A stretch of 63,958 nucleotides of DNA, counting the filler, from Octopus bimaculoides (lineage: Eukaryota): NCBI RefSeq assembly GCF_001194135.2. It is 4 parts of 4 records of this genome, joined end to end, with 100 filler letters (N's around TTAATTAATTAA, not from the genome) between each part and the next. Parts side by side here need not be neighbours in the genome. Positions count along the whole stretch, not along the records: positions 1 to 25,647 come from NC_068988.1; positions 25,748 to 35,078 come from NC_068984.1; 2 more parts are not named here. One strand, written 5' to 3'. The notes beneath the pieces were generated by a model. It did no database searches and was not told the origin of the DNA. It saw only the letters and a program-made list of their open reading frames with translations. A program made the position numbers and the translations under genes. The number at the start of each line of letters is the position of its first letter. The first letter of the stretch is position 1. This document shows positions 13,311-25,753 of the stretch, in pieces.

Positions 13311-14101
13311 GTGGATATATATAGATACTTTTATATAAATATATATGTGTGTGTTTTTGTTTGTGCGTCTGTGTGTGCGTGTGAATGTGTGTCTGTGTGC
13401 GTGTCTTAGCACCATCGAACCAAGAAAATCTGGCAGACCATTGAAGTGTAACGTTACCAATTCGGACAGACAGTACAAACTCCGGGGAAGTATACCGTTG
13501 TCTGGATAATATTACAACGACTGGTGTGCTACATAAGAACTTATGTATGTATGCATATACACAGACACACACACACAAACACACACACAAAAAAATATAT
13601 ATATGACTACGGGCCTGTATGAGTGTGAAGGTATGCATGTGCATACGTGCGTATTTGCACCAAATATATAATATCAGTTATAGTGACGTCATTTCATTAC
13701 TATACTTCTCCATATTTTACGTTAACTCATTTCCGGACCTGCTTGAAATAGCCGTCAAATCTCACTCAAAATGCACAACACAGTTTTAAAGTACGATGTA
13801 CATTCGAAGTCAAATGTTCTTTGTGAAAATAGGATGGTAAATGATTGCATGTTTTTGATCAGATGCTGGCTTAATCAGGACTGAAATCAGGGTGAAATGC
13901 CAAAAACAAAGACGATTAGATTCCATGGTTGATTTTTCTTTTGGACTTTATACGAATGTGTGTACGTGTGTGTGTGTGTCTGAGAGTGTTTATGTATGTG
14001 TGTATGCGTGTAAGTGTGTATATGATTGCTTGTATGTGTGTGAGTGTGTGTAAGTATATAACAGATATGTATGTATATATGTATGTATATATGTATATAT
14101 A

Positions 14102-14136
<35 letters not shown>

Positions 14137-14540
14137 NNNNNNNNNNNNNNNNNNNNNNNNNNNNNNNNNNNNNNNNNNNNNNNNNNNNNNNNNNNNNNNN
14201 NNNNNNNNNNNNNNNNNNNNNNNNNNNNNNNNNNNNNNNNNNNNNNNNNNNNNNNNNNNNNNNNNNNNNNNNNNNNNNNNNNNNNNNNNNNNNNNNNNNN
14301 NNNNNNNNNNNNNNNNNNNNNNNNNNNNNNNNNNNNNNNNNNNNNNNNNNNNNNNNNNNNNNNNNNNNNNNNNNNNNNNNNNNNNNNNNNNNNNNNNNNN
14401 NNNNNNNNNNNNNNNNNNNNNNNNNNNNNNNNNNNNNNNNNNNNNNNNNNNNNNNNNNNNNNNNNNNNNNNNNNNNNNNNNNNNNNNNNNNNNNNNNNNN
14501 NNNNNNNNNNNNNNNNNNNNNNNNNNNNNNNNNNNNNNNN

Positions 14541-14594
<54 letters not shown>

Positions 14595-15093
14595 TGTGTA
14601 TATATATATAGGTATTACATTATGTGTAAATTTATGCTTAGCACGTTCCGGCAGAGGGGCGTAAATCTGCCTTTTACTAGAGAATCCAACAGCAAAAAAT
14701 AGCTTCACGTCGAAGTCTACCGGAACGTGCAATGAATGACTATACATTTCATTGTTTTAATGCTTATTTCTTTCTATGTCGATAATAAACTTCAATCATC
14801 CTCATAGCCCTTACACGAACCTGCAAATATGTCGATAACTGAATTCTCACCATAGGAACTATAGTTCTCTTCTTTCTTTTATTTTTGCTTCTGAGTCCTG
14901 TGTGGTGTCTCGCGATGAGGGGATCTGATCGTGACGAAGCACCGGTGCCTGAGGGTCCGCTGCGTCACTAAAGCGTGTATTTTACCAAATCATATGGACT
15001 AAGCAGGAAATATGTTCTCCCATGACGAAATTCAATGCCGAAAAACAGACGCAAAATCTATCCATATGCATACATATATACATACATGTATAT

Positions 15094-15154
<61 letters not shown>

Positions 15155-15156
15155 GT

Positions 15157-15195
<39 letters not shown>

Positions 15196-15442
15196 TATAT
15201 ACATGTATATATACTAGCTGAATAACCCGTCGTTTCCGGGCAGTTTTCAAAATAGAATGTCTTATATAAATTTTTGTTTATTCCATGTCAGACCATGCAT
15301 TCCCCGACAGATCAGAATAGATTTGTGCAATTTCTTGCAATAAAACTTCATAGAGGATTTCTTTCTTTTTAAAGTTATTAACATGTCTGTTCGATCGTTT
15401 CACATGACTTATATTAAAACTTCAGAAGTATTTGAGACTTTT

Positions 15443-15574
15443 GCTCCGCCGAGGTCGACTGTGTATTTCATCCTTTCCGGGTTGAGCAATTAAGTACCAA
15501 TCAAGTACTGGGATCGATGTGATCGACTATCCCACTTCCCACAAATTCTAGGTCTTGTACCTATAGTAGAAATG

Positions 15575-15607
<33 letters not shown>

Positions 15608-15652
15608 GTTGTTGTTGCTGTTGTTGTTGTTGTTGTTGTTATTATTATTATC

Positions 15653-15711
<59 letters not shown>

Positions 15712-15995
15712 TACTACTACTACTACTACTACAACAAATACTACTTCTACTACAACTACTACTATTATTATTATTGTAATTATAAAGGCGGCGAGCTAGC
15801 ATAGTCGTCAGCACGCTTGACGAAGTGATTAATAGTATTTTGCCCGTCGACACATTCTGAGTTCAAACTCCACCGAGGTCGACTTTACCTTTCATCTTTT
15901 CGAGGTCGATAAATTAAGTACCAGTTGAGAACTGGGTTGATGTAGTCGACTATACCCCAAATTTCTGGCCTTGTGCCTATAATTGAAACGATTAT
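15443..15995 (+). mobile_element. Two tandem SINE-A copies separated by an (ATT/GTT/ACT)n microsatellite
   Basis: Partial copy at 15443-15575, trinucleotide tract at 15576-15782, full copy at 15784-15995. Confidence 0.85.
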
Positions 15996-16914
15996 TGTTG
16001 CTGTTGTTTTCTTTTGTTTATTTTTTAAATAGGACTGCGGCCATATTTATTTGCTTCTTTATTTCTTTATTTATTTATCATCGGTAGCCATCATCTGCTA
16101 ATTTTAATATTCATTAAAAGATAGGAATCTCTGCGATAGTCGGCTGGAAGAAAATACATTTCCGAAGTAGAATCGAATCTGAAAATCATCTTTTTTACGT
16201 TTTNNNNNNNNNNNNNNNNNNNNNNNNNNNNNNNNNNNNNNNNNNNNNNNNNNNNNNNNNNNNNNNNNNNNNNNNNNNNNNNNNNNNNNNNNNNNNNNNN
16301 NNNNNNNNNNNNNNNNNNNNNNNNNNNNNNNNNNNNNNNNNNNNNNNNNNNNNNNNNNNNNNNNNNNNNNNNNNNNNNNNNNNNNNNNNNNNNNNACATA
16401 TACACAGACACAGAAAAAGCGAGGCATTCCGACAGACGTTACATATATACATATATACTTATATACATGTATACATATAGACATATAGTCATATATAATT
16501 ATACATATATATATGTGTATGTGTGTACATTTACATATATTTATACATATATACATGTAATGTGTGTATACTTGCATGTGTGTATGTATGTAGGCATATA
16601 TGTGTGTGCCTTTGTTTATGTATGTGTTTGTAAATATACACATACATACATACATACATACATACATACATGCATTCATACATACATACATACATACATA
16701 CATACATAAAGCGAGAGATAGAAGGAATGAAAGAAAGAAAGGAAGTAAGAAAGAGACAGAGGAGCAGAAAAAAACGAGACACACAGTGATAGAAAGAGAA
16801 GGTGAACGACAGACAGAGGGGGTGGGAGGGAAAATGAGACAATCAGGTATATAGTGAGTGGGAGAGGGAGAGAGAGAGAGAAGTGGGAAGTTCACAAAGA
16901 CAGGGTGTTTAAGT

Positions 16915-17165
16915 TGAAGAAGACGAAGAAAGGGAGAAGAAAATGAAGAACAACAACATCAACAACAACAAGGAATATATAAAAAAGAAAAGAAGAATTA
17001 AAAGAAGAAGAAGAAGAAGAAGAAGAAGAAGAAGAAGAAGAAGATGATGATGATGATGATGAACAACAACAACAATAAGAAAAACAACAACAACAAAAGA
17101 AGACGAAAATGGAGAAGGCGAAGGAGGTGGCGAAGGAGGAGGAGGAGAAGGAGGAGGAGGAAATC
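16915..17165. repeat. Purine-rich (GAA/GAT/CAA/GAG)n low-complexity tract
   Basis: Read directly; it explains the poly-S/L/P pseudo-ORFs. Confidence 0.9.
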
Positions 17166-17214
17166 GTGGGGTTAACTCCATTTTTCTTTTCGTGATATTG
17201 AAGTTGTTGGAATT

Positions 17215-17370
17215 GTCCGACGCATGGCTGTGTGGTTAAGAAGATAGTTCCGGTTTCAGTCCCACTGCACCGCACCTTACGCAAGTGGCATATACTATGA
17301 TGTTATTGCTCCTGGTCAACCAATGCTTTGTGAGTGAATCCGGTAGCTGGAAACAATGCGTGGAAGTCCG
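17215..17370 (+). mobile_element. SINE family B, 5' part (tRNA head)
   Basis: GGCTGTGTGGTTAAGAAG...GGTTTCAGTCCCACTGC..CACCTT..GCAAGTG. Confidence 0.75.
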
Positions 17371-17641
17371 TTGTGTGTGTGTGTGTGCGTTTGTGGAAGT
17401 CCATTGTGTGTGTGTATGTGTGAGTGTGTGCGTGCATGTGTGAAAGTCTGTTGTGTTTGTATGTGTGTGTGCATGCGTGGAAGTTCGTTTTGTGAGTGTG
17501 CGCATGCATGTGTAGAGGTTCATTGTGTGTGTGTGTATATGCGTGTATGCATGTGTTTGCCATACTCAGACCAAATCACAAATACATATATATATATACA
17601 TATATATATGTATGTATGTATATAAATATATATATATATAA

Positions 17642-17689
<48 letters not shown>

Positions 17690-18149
17690 NNNNNNNNNNN
17701 NNNNNNNNNNNNNNNNNNNNNNNNNNNNNNNNNNNNNNNNNNNNNNNNNNNNNNNNNNNNNNNNNNNNNNNNNNNNNNNNNNNNNNNNNNNNNNNNNNNN
17801 NNNNNNNNNNNNNNNNNNNNNNNNNNNNNNNNNNNNNNNNNNNNNNNNNNNNNNNNNNNNNNNNNNNNNNNNNNNNNNNNNNNNNNNNNNNNNNNNNNNN
17901 NNNNNNNNNNNNNNNNNNNNNNNNNNNNNNNNNNNNNNNNNNNNNNNNNNNNNNNNNNNNNNNNNNNNNNNNNNNNNNNNNNNNNNNNNNNNNNNNNNNN
18001 NNNNNNNNNNNNNNNNNNNNNNNNNNNNNNNNNNNNNNNNNNNNNNNNNNNNNNNNNNNNNNNNNNNNNNNNNNNNNNNNNNNNNNNNNNNNNNNNNNNN
18101 NNNNNNNNNNNNNNNNNNNNNNNNNNNNNNNNNNNNNNNNNNNATATAT

Positions 18150-18488
18150 ATGGTGTGCTTCTTTCAGTTTCCGTCAACCAAATCCACTCACAAACCCTTG
18201 GTTGGCCCAAGTATATAGCAGAAGACTTTTTCCCAAGGTGTTACACTGTAATACAGACAGACAGTCAGATAGACAGACAAACAAATAGATAGATATTCTT
18301 TCATTGTTTCAGTCATTTAACTGCTGAAGCACCGCCTTTAGTCGAACAAATCGACCCCAGGACTTATCTTTGTAAGCCTAGTACTCATTCTATCGGTTTC
18401 TTTTGCCGAACCGTGAAGTTACGGGAACGTTAAACACCACCAGCATTAGTTGTCAAGCCATGGTGTGGGACAAACACAGTCACACAGA

Positions 18489-18524
<36 letters not shown>

Positions 18525-18690
18525 TACACACACACATATATGTATATGTGTGTGTGTACGACGGGCTTTTTTCAGTTTCCGTCTACCAAATCCATTAACA
18601 CGGCTTTGGTCGGCTCCAGGCTATAGTAGAAGACACTTACCCAAGGTGTCAGGCAGTGGGACTGAACCCGGAACTGATCAGATACATGAT
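18150..18690 (-). mobile_element. SINE family B copies (two, tandem)
   Basis: TTCAGTTTCCGTC.ACCAAATCCACTCACAA...GAAGACACTT.CCCAAGGTG occurs twice, plus the 3' body. Confidence 0.8.
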
Positions 18691-18869
18691 AAAGTCGCCA
18701 TCCTTGCATATTGAAAGAACATGAAAGGAAGAACAAATTGTAAAAAATGTAGAACTGGACTTAACAAACGCTGTGGTGGCCACGGTTGGTACGTCTTTTG
18801 CCGTAGAGCAGATTGATCAAGGATGACATTTGTAAGATCATACGTCGTTAATTGTGGAAGATCTCCTAT

Positions 18870-19024
18870 ATAACCTACGTCATAACATACATACCGATAC
18901 ATACATGACGTCATCGCAGAAAGACGTATCTATGACGTCATCACAGTAGTAAACATCACAGTAAGTTTTGTCTATAACGTCATCACAGCAGTCTATATCA
19001 CAGCAAGATTCATGTGTGACGTCA
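18870..19024. promoter_or_regulatory. Cluster of CRE (TGACGTCA) palindromes within a degenerate tandem repeat
   Basis: Perfect TGACGTCA at 18906, 18933 and 19017, with near-sites TACGTCA (about 18876) and TAACGTCA (18975). Function is untested. Confidence 0.35.
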
Positions 19025-19440
19025 ATGACTTTCATTTTTTTTCTTTTTCATTCACAAATAAATACCTCACAGAGATGGAACGTTACAGTAAAAGCGAAGT
19101 TGTTGCCCCTGCTATGTCGCAACGTAGAGGAAGCAGTAAAATGATTATTATACATCATTTAATATGTGATTAGGATCTGGTGTTTTTCAACTGGCTGTGA
19201 ATGACTGCGTAAGTGATCCTCTACATATGTGTGTGCGTGTATGTGACTGTGTATGAGTATGTGTATTTGAGCATGCGCGTGTGTATGTGACTGTGTGTAC
19301 GTGCGTGAGCAAGCCGGAGCTTGGAAGTCACTATCAACCTTTTACTTGTAAATGTTAATATATGTGTGCGTGTGTGTTCGCGCAAAATATATATATAGAT
19401 ATATAGGTGTATGCAAATATGGATAGATGAATAGACAGGT

Positions 19441-19499
<59 letters not shown>

Positions 19500-19817
19500 G
19501 AGACAGAGATACATACATACATACATATGTACATTCATACATTGGAAAAGCTAGGACTTTCAGAAAAAAATTATCCAGCTAACATGCACAATAGAAATAC
19601 AGTCTGTAGGTGGAACAATGAAAATATGCAAGACTTTCCGCAAGTCCGATATGTTTTTCTTATTTCATATTCCAATAATGGATCTTCGTGACTTCGTTAG
19701 AAATCAGTCCCTTCGTTACAGGAAGACTTCAAAGAATTAAAAATAGAAGAAAGAAAACATACATACATACATACAAAGTACATACATATATATATATATA
19801 TACACATATATATACTC

Positions 19818-19859
<42 letters not shown>

Positions 19860-19892
19860 GCACATACAAACACACACATATATATATATATA

Positions 19893-20150
19893 CACACGAG
19901 GCCAAAAGTTTGGAACATTTTTTTAAAAGTTAAAATTGTTATGCCCAAGTACAATTCAATTGAAATTTATACAACGTAGGGATATACTTACCTAATAACT
20001 GATGCAATGGTTCAATGTCTAGAAAAAATCATTTTCAAATCTATATTTCAAATTTTGGTCAAGTAATAATATATTGCAAATAACTTTGGGCATTTAATAT
20101 TAAAAAATTCTAATTTTCAGACCTATGTTCCAAACTTCAGACCACGACTG
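19893..20150. mobile_element. Tc1-like MITE
   Basis: Imperfect TIRs CACACGAGGCCAAAAGTTTGGAACA and TGTTCCAAACTTCAGACCACGACTG, flanked by TA. They resemble the Tc1-type CAGTCGTGGCCAAAAGTTT termini. Confidence 0.7.
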
Positions 20151-20229
20151 TAATTCTGTTTTAAATCCTTGTTACATCAGCTGATCAGGAAAAGTAGAAT
20201 CTATAGAGCATTCTTATTCTTATTTGCCT

Positions 20230-20680
20230 TTAACCCTCCAACGCGGAGTATAGGCCACTTATAATTGAATTCCATCTCGCGTAATTTTTCGCTTCTGTAC
20301 TTATACTCTGCTATGAATGTCCCCCGTTCTCTAGTTCCTTTTGTGTTGATCTACGCCACGAGTTCTTAGGCCTACCTTTCGTTCTATATCCATCCGGATT
20401 CCACTATAAAGCACTTTTCGCTACATTTGGTGTGTCTTTTCTAATTGTGCTACCAATCCACTTCCACTTTTTCTTAAATATTTGCTTCCCAATCGAAACT
20501 TGATTTGTTCTTTGCTATCTATAGAGCACGGTACAAATTATTTTGGAAACTTAGCAACGTCCCATTCGCTTTTGTCATGAAGTGCTGACAGCGCCCTTAT
20601 CGATAGAAAATGACTGCCATTCAAGTTGTGAGTTAAATCTAAACTATTATATACCGACACAATATATCTCTTGTATTTTT
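20230..20680 (-). mobile_element. RTE-clade LINE ORF C-terminus (decayed)
   Basis: KKKWKWIGSTIRKDTPNVAKSAL*WNPDGYRTKGRPKNSWRRSTQKELE matches the RTE W.WIGH.LRK...AL.WNP.G.R..GRPK.TWRR motif. Confidence 0.75.
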
Positions 20681-20689
20681 TGAAATGAC

Positions 20690-21115
20690 TAAGAGGTGCA
20701 GATGTGACTGTGTGGTTAAGAATTTCGCTTTCCCATCAAGTCATTTCGTGTTCAACCCCACAACGTGGCATCATAAGTAATATTTTGTTTTTCTTTTTTT
20801 TTTTTGTGGCTCTAGCTATAGCTTTGGACTGACCGATGCTTTTTAGGTGAATCTGGCTGAAAGAAACTGCATTGGAAGCTCGTCGTGCGCATATATATAT
20901 GTACATGTAAATGAGTGAATGTGTGTGTTTGTCCTCCCTATTGTTTGATAACCGATGCTGGTTTGTTTACTTACCAGTTCGGCAAAAGGTTTCCGTGGAA
21001 TAAATACCAGACTGAAAATAAAGTAAGTACAGGGATCGATTTGTTCAGCTAAACCTTTCAAGGTGTTGCCCCAGAATGGCTGCTGTCCAATGATTGGAAC
21101 AAAATAAAAGATAAA
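20690..21115 (+). mobile_element. SINE family B, near full length
   Basis: tRNA-like head, central (GT)n-like segment and 3' body. Confidence 0.75.
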
Positions 21116-22237
21116 AAGATACGAGTAATTGTATTTATTCAATTTGTGTTCGAAACTTAGTTCGTCTGATGAATCATTTCTTCTGGTTCATAAATATCAC
21201 TAATTACACATGTTTGAAAGCCATAAATTTTTTTTTAAAAGATAATAATACGGGAGCATATTATTTTACACAGCATACTGGGTTTAATGGTCATATTTCA
21301 ACGAAATTCATTTGATATTTTGTCTTCCTTGATGTTCTCGTGAACGAGAGCTTATCTCGTTTATTCAACCGGCCAACAACCAACAGACAAGAGAGAAAAG
21401 AGAAGAAAAGAGACAGGAAAAAAAAATGNNNNNNNNNNNNNNNNNNNNNNNNNNNNNNNNNNNNNNNNNNNNNNNNNNNNNNNNNNNNNNNNNNNNNNNN
21501 NNNNNNNNNNNNNNNNNNNNNNNNNNNNNNNNNNNNNNNNNNNNNNACAACCAACAGACAAGAGAGAAAAGAGAAGAAAAGAGACAGGAAAAAAAAATGT
21601 CGTAGCCAGAGTAATAACACGTCTTTTTGTCACCACGCATCTTTTAACCCATTACTACAACGACAAAATCCAGACAAAAAGAAATCTAAATTTAATTGCA
21701 CTTTACCATTTCGCACCATTGCTTAAATTTTGAATAAATCATACATCGTTTGTTCCCTGCATCAATATAATTTCCAGGAGTCTGAGCCCTTTGCATCTGA
21801 TTACTGCAGCAACCGTATGAATTAAATTTGATTTCCCATCGTTTGTTTCTGTCTCAAATAGTTCAGAAGTAAAATGAATTGTGTGTGGTTATTTCTTAAT
21901 GCCCATCTATCACCGATATATTTTTTCTTTAATTAAATTGCATACATCATTTTTCTTCACATATGTCATTTTTCTTTATCTGAGCGAGTGAGTGCCTTGA
22001 TCAAGCCTTTACGTAGTCGTATGAGCTACTAGAAATAGCAGCCATGTCACCGTCAAATAACAGTTTCTGATTTAGGGACATAATCAGAAATTGTTTTGAT
22101 ATGCGCGGTAGCGGTGGATGCTATCGAGATAGGAATTGATCGATGAAAGACAAGGTTGATCTCTATGTGTCTATATACACACTCACACACGCACACAGCT
22201 GTATACGTCCTCACACGATGTACTTCCGTACTGTTTC

Positions 22238-22460
22238 TTATTTCTTTATTGCCCACAAGGGGCTAAACATAGAGGGGAGAAACAAGGGATTAAGTCGATT
22301 ACATCGATCCCAGTGCGTAACTGGTACTTAATTTATCGACCTCGAAATGATAAAAGGCAAAGTCCACCTCGGCGGAATTTGAACTCAAAACGTAACAACA
22401 AACGAAATACCGCTATGCATTTCGCCCGGCGTGCTAACGTTTCTGCCACCTCGCCGCCTT
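22238..22460 (-). mobile_element. SINE family A
   Basis: Close match to the other family A copies. Confidence 0.85.
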
Positions 22461-22821
22461 CCATACTGTTTCTGTCAACCAAATTTTACTCAAAGAAACA
22501 ATCAGCTCAAAACCATCGCAGAATGCATTTGCCCAGTCTTCTATGCTGTGAAACGAAACCAATAACCATACGGTTGCAATCGAAACGTTTTAACCATAAA
22601 GCCAAAATTGACGTCTATATTATTGTTATGTCATTCGGTGGGACTATGGATTCATATCTAGCCACACGAAGTTTTCTCTGACCAGAAAATAGGGCTGTAA
22701 ATCTAAATCAGTGCTTTAAACTTGTTAAAGCGTTGCCCTCGTAGTCATACAGAAGTAGAATAATGTTTAATGCTTTCGATTTATTTCCGGTTTACTTCTT
22801 GGCGTCAAATGAAAAATAATA

Positions 22822-23048
22822 TTGGGTTGCCCGGAAAGTTCGTGCCGATTTATAGAAGCTTACCTTTCGACTTATTTGCCATGAAACCACCTCAATTTTG
22901 GGAAGAGGGTATTTCAAGTTAAAGGAAAGATGGCGACGCATTGTGCAACAAAATGGTTCATATTTGGTTGATTAAAAATGTAATGGCAAGTATTTATTGA
23001 CTTTTTTCTTTCCTTTAAAAATCGGCACGAACTTTCCGGACAACCCAA
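22822..23048 (+). mobile_element. Internally deleted mariner (227-bp MITE)
   Basis: 30-bp TIRs TTGGGTTG(C/T)CCGGAAAGTTCGTGCCGATTT with one mismatch, and TA TSDs (22820-21, 23049-50). It retains the transposase C-terminus FWEEGISS/KLKERWRRIVQQNGSYLVD*. Confidence 0.92.
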
Positions 23049-23387
23049 TAGATAACGACTCTCAAGATAGAAGAGGCGATGTATGTATAACAAGAAATAT
23101 AGCTTTCAGAGATGTTATCCCCCAAAGACTACACATTCCGTATTTCCTATGTGGACGTTTACAGAATCTTAAGAACTCAATGATTCAGAGGAAATGTAAA
23201 TTCAAAATAGATTGTAAATATTAAATAGTTCTCTATAATCTTGGAGCTGTCTTGAAGTTTTTAAAATAACCTCGGGATTTCCGTGGGTACGGCTGCTGAT
23301 GCAATGATATTTATTGTATAAATTTCACTAAAAACGTAGAAAGCACATTTTTACGGTTGCAATGCATTTTTAGAATGTCCTGTACTT

Positions 23388-23442
<55 letters not shown>

Positions 23443-25159
23443 NNNNNNNNNNNNNNNNNNNNNNNNNNNNNNNNNNNNNNNNNNNNNNNNNNNNNNNNNN
23501 NNNNNNNNNNNNNNNNNNNNNNNNNNNNNNNNNNNNNNNNNNNNNNNNNNNNNNNNNNNNNNNNNNNNNNNNNNNNNNNNNNNNNNNNNNNNNNNNNNNN
23601 NNNNNNNNNNNNNNNNNNNNNNNNNNNNNNNNNNNNNNNNNNNNNNNNNNNNNNNNNNNNNNNNNNNNNNNNNNNNNNNNNNNNNNNNNNNNNNNNNNNN
23701 NNNNNNNNNNNNNNNNNNNNNNNNNNNNNNNNNNNNNNNNNNNNNNNNNNNNNNNNNNNNNNNNNNNNNNNNNNNNNNNNNNNNNNNNNNNNNNNNNNNN
23801 NNNNNNNNNNNNNNNNNNNNNNNNNNNNNNNNNNNNNNNNNNNNNNNNNNNNNNNNNNNNNNNATATATGCATGTGTATGTATACACACACACACTCCTC
23901 CAAAACATTCCTCATTATTCATAATAATTTTCCTTCTGTTAGCGAAATACTAGTGTGTATAGTTTTTATTTTCATTATTTTTTTTTTTTTATTATTACTA
24001 TTATTATATTTTTTTTTTGCTTCTGTTTTATCTCGATTTGGGAAAACAATAGTAATTCATCGTAATTTTTTTTGTGAGAGAACGGACTGTTAGTTATCTT
24101 CCATTTTTTTATTTTTTTTTTATTAATATGACAGAAGAAAAGCATTTTAGATGTTCATGGCTTTTCTAAATATATTCCTAGAACAGCCGCATAATAATTA
24201 CACAGTTCTCCTCAAATTCCATTAACAATGCATCTATATATACTCCAATATCTTACGTATATTCTATTTTCTTTATACAATTTTCAATTCACTTTCTTTT
24301 CTTCAGAAAACCACATCTAATTTCCCTACTATCTCTCCACATCTTTTCCATAAACATTTTTACCAGTTTTGCTTATGCAGATATCCCGTGGCTTTTTCAA
24401 AATATTCTTTAATCTACCAGTAAGGCCTATAATACAATAGATACCTCTCTAAAAGCTTATCTTTGTTTTGCATAAAGGGATCCGTGATTATCCTTCCGTA
24501 CTCACATGGGGTACCTATCTTAATTTACATGTTGGTGAACTCTGAGTGTGTTGTTTGATCCTAGGTCAGCCCTTATGGAACTCACCCATGATGAACGGCC
24601 TTTTTAAGCGCAATTATTCTGTTCTTTTTCAAACTCAAACATACTCATTAACAAACCAATTACTTCAGTTTTTCAAACCAATCCAGCCAGGACCATCCAA
24701 GCTTACTATTATTTAGTGTGACTTGCTATTATTTAATACACCAGAAAGGTTAGACTGTCCGACAAATGTCTACGAGTTATTTCGTTTGGCCCTTCACGTT
24801 CTGGTTTAAGGTCCTATCAAGGATTTTAGGGGTCTATAACATAAAAATATCCGTCAACTTATAGCACCGGTGACATCGATCAACCCTGTCGATCTGATAG
24901 TGATCGCTTTCTGTCGAAATCAGAAATCACTTAATGCAACTAGAGTGTTCTGTGATGGAAATTTGGATGTTGTTTGTAAGTGAACATGGAGAGATAATTA
25001 AGTGAAGTGGACGCAGGCGTGGCTGTGTGTTTTACTTCAACCCCGAAAAGATGACAGGCAAACTCGACCGCGGTGTAATTTGAACTCAAAACGTAAAGAG
25101 AGAGAAAATGCTGTTAGGCATTTTGTCCAGTGTGCTAATCATTCTGCCAGCTTACTACC

Positions 25160-25290
<131 letters not shown>

Positions 25291-25647
25291 CAAAATCAAA
25301 CCATCTTCGAACCCCCAAAACACCATGTACAAAAAAATTACAAACAGATTAAATAACACCGGTATTATTACACCCAAGAATAACAACCGAGAAGTGCGTA
25401 CTGTAAGCTTGTTACGAAAAAAATACGAAGATCTGAACGTACAAAACAATCTGACAACAGAAATAAACGAACCGGTACCCTACGAAAACGATGACCGTCA
25501 AAATAAAGGACCGGACGTTGTTCCTCATGTCCCGCAAACAAAACCAAAACGGCATAAATGGACACGTGAGGAATACATTTCGATACTATACGCCTATTTC
25601 ACAGCAGTGCTCTACCCAAAAAACGAAAACACAACAACACATACATA
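25291..25647 (+). mobile_element. 5' end of an R4/Dong-type non-LTR retrotransposon
   Basis: An open frame from ATG 25325 contains KPKRHKWTREEYISILYAYFTA, similar to the Myb-like R.KWT.EE...I...YY N-terminus of R4/Dong ORFs. It starts immediately after (TAA)n, the known Dong target, and is cut by the scaffold spacer. Confidence 0.7.
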
Positions 25648-25691
25648 NNNNNNNNNNNNNNNNNNNNNNNNNNNNNNNNNNNNNNNNNNNN

Positions 25692-25703
25692 TTAATTAAT
25701 TAA
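25692..25703. other. Artificial spacer TTAATTAATTAA in a 100-bp N44-12-N44 join (also at 35123-35134 and 45452-45463)
   Basis: An identical 12-mer with stops in all six frames, centred in exactly 44+44 Ns at 25.6-25.7 kb, with the same layout at the other two sites. Confidence 0.95.
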
Positions 25704-25753
25704 NNNNNNNNNNNNNNNNNNNNNNNNNNNNNNNNNNNNNNNNNNNNTATATA

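Noticed and set aside
13400-13510. LRR-like peptide GILPRSLYCLSELVTLHFNGLPDFLGSM (minus strand)
   Set aside because: A single imperfect repeat with weak splice signals; compatible with chance.
14851-14967. GC-rich minus-strand exon (AG...ATG|GTGAGA)
   Set aside because: All three frames contain stops between the splice sites.
21145-21200. CGAAAC...CTGATGA as a permuted (type II) HHR
   Set aside because: No convincing stems I, II or III could be paired.
21376-21599. 53-bp direct repeat flanking a gap
   Set aside because: Identical sequence on both sides of an N-run is typical of unmerged contig overlap.
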